Positions 24,427 to 32,056 of a DNA stretch of 64,000 nucleotides are shown piece after piece (the first letter of the stretch is position 1; every line of letters begins with the position of its first letter). Location of the stretch: assembly GCA_003158295.1 (NCBI GenBank), contig PMIP01000093.1, forward strand, positions 7,630 to 71,629. Direction: 5' to 3'. The notes under the pieces were generated by a model. It was not told the origin of the DNA, did no database searches, and saw only the letters and a list, made by a program, of their open reading frames with translations. This stretch comes from Chloroflexota bacterium. Lineage in GTDB: Bacteria; Chloroflexota; Limnocylindria; Limnocylindrales; CSP1-4. The translations under genes were made by a program, and so were the position numbers.

Positions 24427-25653
24427 TCAGCAGACGAGCGGCGAATCCTCCAGGCCCACGCCCGTCAGAGCGTGCTTGCAGCGAGGGCACCGGCCCGCCA
24501 CCAGCCGCCACTCGGTGACCGCGTAGTCCGCGCGGGCTATCAGCCTCTCGCCGCAACGGGCGCAGGACGTGGTGGCCGCCTCGACCTCGGGCGCATTGCC
24601 GACGTAGACGTGCCGCAGCCCAACCTCACGCCCGATCGCCGCGGCCTTGACCAGCGTCGCCGCCGGCGTCTCCCGGAGCTCGCTGAGCCGATACGCCGGT
24701 TGGAAGCGGGTCAGGTGCCAGGGAGTCTCGGGGCCGACCGCCGTGGCGATCCACTCGGCCATGGCTCGCAGCTCCCGCGCGTTGTCGTTCAGGCCCGGGA
24801 TCAACAGTGTCGTCAGCTCCAGCCAGATGCCGCGCCGCCGCATCTCGAGCACTGCCTCGCGAACGGGCTCCCAGCGGGCGCCGCAGACCCGTCGGTAGAA
24901 GTGGTCGTTGGCGGCCTTGAGGTCCACATTCGCGGCGTCCAGGTAGGGCGCCACCAGTTCGATCGCCTCGGGAGTCTCGTAGCCGTTCGTGACGAACACG
25001 TTTCGGAGGCCGGCGGCCTGAGCCCGGACCATCGAGTCGAACGCAAACTCGATGAAGACCGTAGGCTCGACATACGTGTAGGCGACGCTTCGAGCGCCCG
25101 CCGCAACAGCCTCCTCGACCACCTGCTCCGGGGCGACCTGCCGACTCTCCGGGACCACGCCCTCCCGGTGGGCCTGGGATATGGCCCAGTTCTGGCAGAA
25201 CGCGCAGTGGAAGTTGCATCCCGCGGTGGCGACGGAGAACGCGGTGCTGCCCGGCAGGAAATGGTAGAAAGGCTTCTTCTCGATCGGCTCCACCTTCGAC
25301 GCCACGACCTGGCCGTACACGAGCGTATACAGCCAGCCGCCGCGGTTCTGGCGGACGCCGCAGATCCCGATTCGACCGGGCCTGAGCACGCATCGGTGGG
25401 CGCATGCCACGCAGCGAACGCTGCTCGGAGCGAGCGGGTCATCGTAGGGCTCGTCCAGGAGCGCCCGGCGGATGTTGGGCTCCGACTCGCCGGCAGGCCC
25501 CAGATCACCGGCACGCAGTCCCTCCGGCGGCTCCTCGCCGGGGAAGTGGGCACGGATCGGATCGGGCCGGGCCGCGTCGGGGTCGAAGGTAACGGCCGGA
25601 GCCTTGGTGAAGGTTTCGCGACTGCCCGGCCGGTCCGATTCGTCTCCCATCAA
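24427..25653 (-). CDS. AmmeMemoRadiSam-system-type radical SAM enzyme (PFL-activase-like)
   Basis: 408 aa. CNFHCAFCQNW (CxxxCxxC), an upstream CVACAHRC...GICGVR cluster and C-terminal CARCG...CPRC. Confidence 0.8.
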   Translation of the reverse strand: MMGDESDRPGSRETFTKAPAVTFDPDAARPDPIRAHFPGEEPPEGLRAGDLGPAGESEPNIRRALLDEPYDDPLAPSSVRCVACAHRCVLRPGRIGICGVRQNRGGWLYTLVYGQVVASKVEPIEKKPFYHFLPGSTAFSVATAGCNFHCAFCQNWAISQAHREGVVPESRQVAPEQVVEEAVAAGARSVAYTYVEPTVFIEFAFDSMVRAQAAGLRNVFVTNGYETPEAIELVAPYLDAANVDLKAANDHFYRRVCGARWEPVREAVLEMRRRGIWLELTTLLIPGLNDNARELRAMAEWIATAVGPETPWHLTRFQPAYRLSELRETPAATLVKAAAIGREVGLRHVYVGNAPEVEAATTSCARCGERLIARADYAVTEWRLVAGRCPRCKHALTGVGLEDSPLVC

Positions 25654-25824
25654 AGCCCCCCGTTTCTTGGTGGCAGGGCCTACTGGGATCGCCCTAGTCC
25701 GCTTGCAGTATGTCGTCAGAGTGCCGTTGCCGCGGACCTCGCGAGCCCACCCAATAGTTCCAGCGGAGGCAGGGTCCTTCGGCCCTTGCCCGGAGCCGCG
25801 CGGCGCGCGACTCTACGGCCAACA

Positions 25825-25842
25825 AGTCCCGCGCGCGGGACT
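25825..25842. promoter_or_regulatory. 18-bp perfect palindrome AGTCCCGCGCGCGGGACT upstream of the oxidoreductase operon
   Basis: Read directly. It lies 65 nt upstream of ATG 25907, in the divergent gap with the radical SAM gene. Confidence 0.4.
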
Positions 25843-25906
25843 GCCACGGACCGAGAGGTCCGCGGCTCGTTCGGCCACGGGTTCCGCACCCGAAAGCGAA
25901 TAGCGA

Positions 25907-26179
25907 ATGGCGATCAGTCCAATTGCCATGGCCACCCGGCAGCCCCTGCCGTGGACGCCGCTCGTTGTCGCCGTGGATCACTGCAAGGGCTGCGAGCTCT
26001 GCGTCGCCGTGTGCCCAAAGACAGTCCTCGCCCTGGACCGAAGCCGGGTCAACCTCCTCGGCTACCACCCCGTCGTGTTGACCGACGCCACTGCCTGCAC
26101 CAGCTGCGCCCTGTGCGCGAGGGTCTGCCCCGATGCCGTCTTCACCGTCTGGGCCGCGCCTCGAGAGGAGCACCGGTAG
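25907..26179 (+). CDS. 2-oxoacid:ferredoxin oxidoreductase delta subunit (2x[4Fe-4S] ferredoxin)
   Basis: 90 aa. CKGCELCVAVCP and CTSCALCARVCP. Confidence 0.85.
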   Translation: MAISPIAMATRQPLPWTPLVVAVDHCKGCELCVAVCPKTVLALDRSRVNLLGYHPVVLTDATACTSCALCARVCPDAVFTVWAAPREEHR

Positions 26180-26229
26180 TGACGCGGCGGCAGGAGATCG
26201 AGATCCGCCCCCGCCGGACGGAGGCAGAA

Positions 26230-27405
26230 ATGGAAACGGGCCGTCGAGCTCGTGTGCTCATGAAGGGCAACGAGGCTATCGCCGAGGCGGCGATACAGGC
26301 GGGCTGCGACGCCTACTTCGGTTACCCGATCACGCCTCAAGCCGAGCTGCTGGAGTGGATGGCTCGACGGATGCCCGAGCTGGGGCGTGTCTTCGTACAG
26401 GCCGAGAGCGAGCTGGGCGCCATCAACATGGCCCTGGGCGCGGCGGCCACCGGCGCCCGGGTGATGGTTTCGTCGTCGAGCCCGGGCATCAGCTTGATGG
26501 CCGAGGCGATGAGCTACATGGCCGGCTCCGGCACGCCGGTGGTGCTCGTCAACGTCATGCGCGCCGGCCCCGGCCTGGGCGGCATCGGCCCGTCACAGAG
26601 CGATTACTTCCAGGCTACGAAGGGTCACGGCCACGGCGACTACCGCGTGCCGGTCCTGGCTCCGGACTCGATCGGCGAGGCGATGGATCTGATGGCAACC
26701 GCCTTCGAGCTGGCGGAGCGCTATCGGACGCCGGTCATGCTCGTCGCCGACGGGATCCTCGGCCAGGCGATGGAACCCGTCGAGCTTCGGTTCCGAACGC
26801 CCGAGCGTCAGGCGTTCGACTGGGCGCTGACCGGCGCGGCCGGCCGCCCGGCTAGGATCATCAAGTCGATCGATCTGGACCCGGAGGTCCTGGAGCGTCG
26901 CAATCTCGCCCTCCAGCACAAGTACCGCGAGATTGCCCGCCACGAGACCCGCTGGGAGGGCTGGCGACTCGGGGACGCCGAATTCGCGATCGTCGCCTAT
27001 GGCACGGCCGCCCGAGTCGCTCGCAGCGCGATAGCCAGAGCTCGTGACAATGGCATGAAGGTTGGGCTCTTCCGCCCGATCACGCTGTGGCCCTTCCCAG
27101 AGCGCGAGCTGGCCCGCATGAGCCGGCAGCTGCACGGGATCCTGACGGTGGAACTCTCGTCAGGACAGATGATCGAGGACGTCCGACTGGCGGTCGAAGG
27201 CCGCTGTCCGGTGGCTTTCCACGGGCGGATGGGCGGCCTGGTGCCAACGCCGGACGAAGTGCTCGGCGCCCTGAAGGCCCTGCGCGGCAGGGTGGAACGA
27301 ACTCGAGCCGCAAGCGGACACTCCCCGGCGGCACACGACCGTGGAACCCCATCGACGAACGGGGCCGGCCTCGACGCCGGCGCGCGACCAGGCGGCCGAG
27401 GATGA
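26230..27405 (+). CDS. 2-oxoacid:ferredoxin oxidoreductase alpha subunit
   Basis: Tail of shadow ORF 24382..27405. ATG 26230 has GGAGG 8 nt upstream. [30 protein letters not shown]...[19 protein letters not shown] at 26179 is an alternative start. Confidence 0.85.
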   Translation: METGRRARVLMKGNEAIAEAAIQAGCDAYFGYPITPQAELLEWMARRMPELGRVFVQAESELGAINMALGAAATGARVMVSSSSPGISLMAEAMSYMAGSGTPVVLVNVMRAGPGLGGIGPSQSDYFQATKGHGHGDYRVPVLAPDSIGEAMDLMATAFELAERYRTPVMLVADGILGQAMEPVELRFRTPERQAFDWALTGAAGRPARIIKSIDLDPEVLERRNLALQHKYREIARHETRWEGWRLGDAEFAIVAYGTAARVARSAIARARDNGMKVGLFRPITLWPFPERELARMSRQLHGILTVELSSGQMIEDVRLAVEGRCPVAFHGRMGGLVPTPDEVLGALKALRGRVERTRAASGHSPAAHDRGTPSTNGAGLDAGARPGGRG

Positions 27406-28238
27406 CGCTGGACGCCCGCTCCTCCGGCGCGCTTCGGGGCGCGGCTGCGGCCCGGCTCGTCTACCGCAAGCCTGACGTGCTCGTCGACCGCGCCACTCAC
27501 TACTGCCCCGGCTGCGGCCACGGCGTGATCCACCGCCTCCTGGCCGAGGTCCTGACCGACCTGGACCTGCCGGCCCACACCATCGCCGTCGCCCCGGTCG
27601 GTTGCGCGGTGTTCATCTACGACTACCTCGACGTTGATTTCGTCGAGGCACCGCACGGCCGCGCCCCGGCCGTGGCCACGGGTATCCGGCGTCTCAGACC
27701 GGAGGCCTTTGTCCTCACCTACCAGGGCGACGGGGACCTTGCCGCCATCGGCACGGCGGAGATCGTCCACGCCGCGGCCCGTGGCGAGCGCATCACGGCG
27801 ATCTTCGTCAACAACGGCATCTACGGCATGACCGGCGGTCAGATGGCCCCGACGACGCTCCTCGGACAGCGGACCACCTCTTCGCCGAGCGGCCGTGACG
27901 CGGGGCTCATGGGGTACCCGATCCGGATAACCGAGATGCTGGCCCAGCTGCCGGGCGTCACCTACGCGGCCCGCGGCAGCGTTGCCGATGCGGGGTCTAT
28001 CGGAAGGCTCAAGGCGATGATCGCGCGAGCCTGCCGGGTCCAGATCGAGGGCGGCGGATTCGCCATCGTCGAGGTCCTCTCCAATTGCCCGGTCGGCTGG
28101 GGCATGACGCCGCAGGAATCGCTCGAGCACCTCAAGGGCCCCGTGGTGGAGGCCTATCCGCTGGGCGTCATCGTGGATCGCTCGGCCCCATCGACGGCCC
28201 GTCCGGCAGCGGCCGCCCCCACCAAGCCGGAGGCCTGA
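27402..28238 (+). CDS. 2-oxoacid:ferredoxin oxidoreductase beta subunit (TPP-binding)
   Basis: ATGA overlap with the alpha stop. [18 protein letters not shown] and [11 protein letters not shown]. Confidence 0.9.
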   Translation: MTLDARSSGALRGAAAARLVYRKPDVLVDRATHYCPGCGHGVIHRLLAEVLTDLDLPAHTIAVAPVGCAVFIYDYLDVDFVEAPHGRAPAVATGIRRLRPEAFVLTYQGDGDLAAIGTAEIVHAAARGERITAIFVNNGIYGMTGGQMAPTTLLGQRTTSSPSGRDAGLMGYPIRITEMLAQLPGVTYAARGSVADAGSIGRLKAMIARACRVQIEGGGFAIVEVLSNCPVGWGMTPQESLEHLKGPVVEAYPLGVIVDRSAPSTARPAAAAPTKPEA

Positions 28239-28239
28239 G

Positions 28240-28794
28240 ATGGAGCGCTCTGTCGTGTTCGCCGGTTTCGGCGGCCAGGGCCTTCTCTTCACCGGCCAGG
28301 TTCTCGCCCGGGCCGCAATCAGGGACGGCCTGGAGGTCTTCTGGATTCCCTCGTACGGCCCCGAGATGCGCGGCGGCACGGCCTCATGCACGGTGATCGT
28401 CGGCGATGAGCCGATCGGCTCGCCGGTTGTGGACGAGTTCGACGCCGCGGTGGTCATGAACCTGCCGTCGCTTCGCAAGTTCGCTCCGCTGGTCGCCCCC
28501 GGTGGGCTGGTGATCGTCAACAGTTCGCTTCTGGGCGATCTCGGATGCGGCCGGAGCGATGTCGATGAGATGCGGCTGCCGTGCACCGAGCTGGCGGCTC
28601 AAGGCGGCGACGACAAGCTCGTCAGCGTCGTCGCGCTGGGTGCCCTGGTCGCCCATCTCGGCTGGGTCACACGCGAATCGATCGACTCCGCCCTGCGCGA
28701 GATGGCGGGCCGCAAGCGGCCGGAGGTGGTCGACGCGGACCTCGGCGCCTTCGCGGCCGGTCTCCAGGCCGGAGCTGTAGGGCAGGCCGCATAG
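28240..28794 (+). CDS. 2-oxoacid:ferredoxin oxidoreductase gamma subunit
   Basis: 184 aa. [22 protein letters not shown]...[13 protein letters not shown]. Confidence 0.9.
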   Translation: MERSVVFAGFGGQGLLFTGQVLARAAIRDGLEVFWIPSYGPEMRGGTASCTVIVGDEPIGSPVVDEFDAAVVMNLPSLRKFAPLVAPGGLVIVNSSLLGDLGCGRSDVDEMRLPCTELAAQGGDDKLVSVVALGALVAHLGWVTRESIDSALREMAGRKRPEVVDADLGAFAAGLQAGAVGQAA

Positions 28795-28876
28795 GCGGCG
28801 TCCCCGGAGCCTGCGGCGGCGACGGCGATTCGGAGGGGACGGCCACGGTAGACTGCGGGCGCACCGCCGGGGAACC

Positions 28877-29863
28877 ATGCGCGGGCGGCTAGCAGAGGAT
28901 TCCCATATGGTCGACGCCGCCCTTCGGTTCGTGCCGGTCCCAATCGCGCGCTTCTGCGCCACGGCCGCGAAGACCGCTCAGCGGCGCGACGTCCGGCGCG
29001 GCGTCCTCGCCCTTGCGGTCCTGACGGCTGTCGCCGTCTACGTGTACTACCTGCGCAACGTCTACGAGGGTGACGCCTACGGCTACTGGCAGAGCATCCG
29101 CTGGGAGAACCTCTACCAGAACGCGACCGCATCCGGCGCGGCGCCCCAGGGCTACCTCTACTCCCCAGCCTTCGACCAGGCCCTGTGGCCGCTGCTCTCC
29201 CTGCCCTGGCTGGCCTTCCACGCGATCTGGCTCGGGCTGTTGACGGCCCTCCTGGCCTGGATGGCGCGTCCTTGGCTGGCGTGCCTGGTCTTCGCGACCT
29301 TCCTCGTGCCCGGCATCGACCTGCTGGCGGTCCCCAGGCACTACCTCTCGAGCGGCAATATCTTCCTGCCCATGGCCCTCGCCGTTGTGGCCGGGTTCCG
29401 CTGGCCGTGGACGTACTCGTTCCTGCTGCTCACGAAGGTCACACCGGGTGTCGGCCTGCTGTGGTTCCTGGTCCGTCGGGAGTGGCGCAATCTCTTCATC
29501 GCGCTCGCGGCAACCACCGCGGTCGTTGTTGTGTCATTCTCGTTCTCATCCAATCTCTGGTTCGACTGGGTCAACGTTCTGAAGAGCAACGCCGGCTACT
29601 CCGAGCCGTCGTTCGCCATCCACGTTCTGCCGCTCCTGCCCCGCCTGGTGATCGCCTCGCTGATGACGGTGGTGGCGGCTCGATACGACGCCCGATGGGT
29701 CGTTCCGATCGCGGCCATGATCGCCCTGCCGTACATCACCGACACCGCTCTGATCATGTTTGTGGGAGTGGTGCCCCTCCTCCGCCACGACGCCTGGACC
29801 GAGGATCGGACGCGCCGCTCTGAGGGCGCGACGCAGACAGCTCTGGCGCTACCCAAAGCGTAG
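28877..29863 (+). CDS. Polytopic membrane protein, GT87/DUF2029-like glycosyltransferase (tentative)
   Basis: 328 aa, about 9 TM. YLYSPAFDQALWPL and LLLTKVTPGVGLLWFLVRREW resemble DUF2029 mannosyltransferase-like proteins. The start could instead be ATG 28907. Confidence 0.5.
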   Translation: MRGRLAEDSHMVDAALRFVPVPIARFCATAAKTAQRRDVRRGVLALAVLTAVAVYVYYLRNVYEGDAYGYWQSIRWENLYQNATASGAAPQGYLYSPAFDQALWPLLSLPWLAFHAIWLGLLTALLAWMARPWLACLVFATFLVPGIDLLAVPRHYLSSGNIFLPMALAVVAGFRWPWTYSFLLLTKVTPGVGLLWFLVRREWRNLFIALAATTAVVVVSFSFSSNLWFDWVNVLKSNAGYSEPSFAIHVLPLLPRLVIASLMTVVAARYDARWVVPIAAMIALPYITDTALIMFVGVVPLLRHDAWTEDRTRRSEGATQTALALPKA

Positions 29864-29881
29864 GCCTCTCCGGGACAGAAT

Positions 29882-29915
29882 CAGAACCGGGGCCCCTTAC
29901 GCGGCCCCGGTTCTG
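29882..29915. terminator. GC-rich hairpin between convergent genes (13-bp stem, 8-nt loop), no clear U-tract
   Basis: CAGAACCGGGGCC-ccttacgc-GGCCCCGGTTCTG, read directly. It lies 19 nt after the GT87-like stop and 23 nt after the PFOR-beta stop. Confidence 0.55.
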
Positions 29916-29937
29916 CAGTGACGGCTGTGGATCTGCT

Positions 29938-31641
29938 CTAGGAATGCGGTCCGGCGCGGAGAACGCCGGCCATCTCCTGCAGGGTTTGCCAGTTGAGGAG
30001 GCGGTCATCCTGGGAGGTCAGCAGCTCGGCGGAGGGATTGCCCTCCTTGTCGAAGTGCTGGGCGAAACGCCCTTCGGTCCGGGCGAAGGAAACGAAGTCG
30101 AACGTGGAGCCGTCCGGGCTCTTGGTCCAGTCTTCCTTCACGGCCGGGTTGCCCTGCAGAGAGAGACGCTCGGCGGTCGAGCGCCCGCGCCGCGGGTCGT
30201 AGGTGAAGAGAGGGAATGCCCGCGACTCGACGGCCAGCTTGGCCTGCCTGGTGCCCATGTCGTCGGCAATGCCGTGCTCGGGCATGCAGGGTGCGTAGGC
30301 GATTACAACTGCCGGACCCGGGTACTCGTTGGCCTCCATGACCGCCTTGTAGAGGTGGTTTATGGTGCAGGCCGCGACCTGGGCGATATACGCGTCGCCG
30401 TGGGCTACCAGTATCCGACCGAGTTCCTTGCGCTTCTCGGACTTGCCATGCTGGGCCTTGCCGTAGGCGGCGAGCTTGGAGACTTGCGCCGTGAACGAAG
30501 CCGTCGATGCCTGGCCGCCGGTGTTCGAATATACGCCCGTGTCCAGGACGAGGACCTTGACGTCCATCCCCGAGGCGACCAGTCGCGACAGCGACTGGAA
30601 GCCGATGTCGTACATGGCGCCGTCGCCGCCGAAGACCCACAGCCGCCGCTCGGGGTGGCCGTCCTGGTCCCAGCGGAGCCGGATGCCCATGGCGTCGGCC
30701 GGGCCGTTCTCGAAGAGCGAATTGGTCCACGGAACCGTGAACGGGTTGTACGGGTAGGTGCTGCCGAGAACGCTGTTGCAGCCGGTCTCGGCGACGATGC
30801 CCATGCCCTGGGGTCCGTAGGTCTGGAGCGTGGCGGCGACGACCATCCGGATCAGCGTGCCTTCGCCGCAGCCCGAGCAGGAGCCGGCGCCACCGACGTA
30901 GCCGAAGGCGTGTTCGCCGAGCATCAGGTCGGCCAGGACCTTCTCGTTGCGGTATTCGACCGGCGTTGGGGGCAGGGACTTGTAGAAGGCTATGTCGCGG
31001 CGGAAGCGGTCGAGCGTGGACTCGCCGCTCGCTTCGGCGTCGACCTTCTCTACCATCGTCAGGGCGTTGTGGTCGAGCGCTGCGCAGACTTCCACGCACT
31101 CGGCGCAGCCCTTGCAGTGATACGGGTCGATGAAGAGACCGAAGTCGGCGCCTTCGAGACCCTTCTTGGCGGGCACCTCGGCGTACTTGGTGGTGTGGAC
31201 GAAGTGGGACCTGGCCGTCTCAGTGGCGAGACCCGCGTTCGGACTGCTCGCGGCGAAGCCGTCGATGGCCTTGGCCAGCGATCCCTTGGGCTGGGCAGTC
31301 GCCATGATGGCGGTGTCCGGGCAGGCGCTCACGCAGGCCATGCAGCCGACGCATTTCTCGGCGTCGAACTGCGGGATGAGCGGCGACAGGGCGCTGAAGT
31401 CGCGTACTCCCGCGGTGGCCGGAGCGATGAGGCTCCGTCCCACGCCCATGTCGGCCGGCAGATCGACATCCGCGATGCCCCGACGATAGGCATCGATGAC
31501 GTTCGTGTTGAAGTCGTCGATGTACGCCTTGACGTTGAGGGTCTGGGGCGCGATCAGTCCCGGTCCGGCCCCGAGCTTGGAGATGTCGACCATGGGTGCC
31601 GGGCTGTGGCCGTTGTTCTTTGTGGCAATCGTCTCGGTCAT
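29938..31641 (-). CDS. Pyruvate/2-oxoacid:ferredoxin oxidoreductase, C-terminal half (ferredoxin domain V + TPP-binding domain VI)
   Basis: 567 aa. CVGCMACVSACP, CKGCAECVEVC, GGAGSCSGCGEG, GGDGAMYDIGFQSL and TGVYSNTGGQ. Confidence 0.9.
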   Translation of the reverse strand: MTETIATKNNGHSPAPMVDISKLGAGPGLIAPQTLNVKAYIDDFNTNVIDAYRRGIADVDLPADMGVGRSLIAPATAGVRDFSALSPLIPQFDAEKCVGCMACVSACPDTAIMATAQPKGSLAKAIDGFAASSPNAGLATETARSHFVHTTKYAEVPAKKGLEGADFGLFIDPYHCKGCAECVEVCAALDHNALTMVEKVDAEASGESTLDRFRRDIAFYKSLPPTPVEYRNEKVLADLMLGEHAFGYVGGAGSCSGCGEGTLIRMVVAATLQTYGPQGMGIVAETGCNSVLGSTYPYNPFTVPWTNSLFENGPADAMGIRLRWDQDGHPERRLWVFGGDGAMYDIGFQSLSRLVASGMDVKVLVLDTGVYSNTGGQASTASFTAQVSKLAAYGKAQHGKSEKRKELGRILVAHGDAYIAQVAACTINHLYKAVMEANEYPGPAVVIAYAPCMPEHGIADDMGTRQAKLAVESRAFPLFTYDPRRGRSTAERLSLQGNPAVKEDWTKSPDGSTFDFVSFARTEGRFAQHFDKEGNPSAELLTSQDDRLLNWQTLQEMAGVLRAGPHS

Positions 31642-31660
31642 CGCTCGCTCAGTCTTCGGG

Positions 31661-32056
31661 TTACTTCAGCCACGACCGCACGAGGTCGCTGGCGGAAATG
31701 ATTCCGATCGGGGTGGACGCTCCGTCTGTTACGACGAGGCGGTGGACACGGCGCCCGTCCATGACCTTCGCGGCCTCTTCGAGAGTGGCCGTCATGGAGA
31801 TGGTGAGGGCCGGCGTGGTCATGATCTGCCCGACGGGCAGGCCGGGCCAGTTCTGGACGAACTCTTGGTTGGCTCGGGCTCGAACCAGGTCGGTCTGGCT
31901 CAGGACGCCCACCAGAGCTCCGCCCGCATCCAGGACCGGAAGACCGGTGATCTTCTGGGTGTCGAGGATCTTGGCGGCCTCCGCGAGGGAGGCCGTCTCG
32001 GCGATGGAGATCGGGTTGGCAGTCATGACCTCGCCAACGGTTCGAGCATGATTCAT
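31661..32056 (-). CDS. CBS-pair domain protein
   Basis: 131 aa with two CBS motifs (VMTANPISIAETASLAEAAKIL...GLPVLD and IMTTPALTISMTATLEEAAKVM...RLVVTD). ATGA overlap with the upstream PFOR gene stop. Confidence 0.9.
   Translation of the reverse strand: MNHARTVGEVMTANPISIAETASLAEAAKILDTQKITGLPVLDAGGALVGVLSQTDLVRARANQEFVQNWPGLPVGQIMTTPALTISMTATLEEAAKVMDGRRVHRLVVTDGASTPIGIISASDLVRSWLK

Noticed and set aside
24382-26229. First ~615 codons of the 1007-aa track ORF 24382..27405
   Set aside because: It is the antisense shadow of the radical SAM gene and crosses the ferredoxin-subunit gene in another frame, with Arg/Pro/Gly-rich composition. The real alpha subunit starts at 26230 (or 26179).
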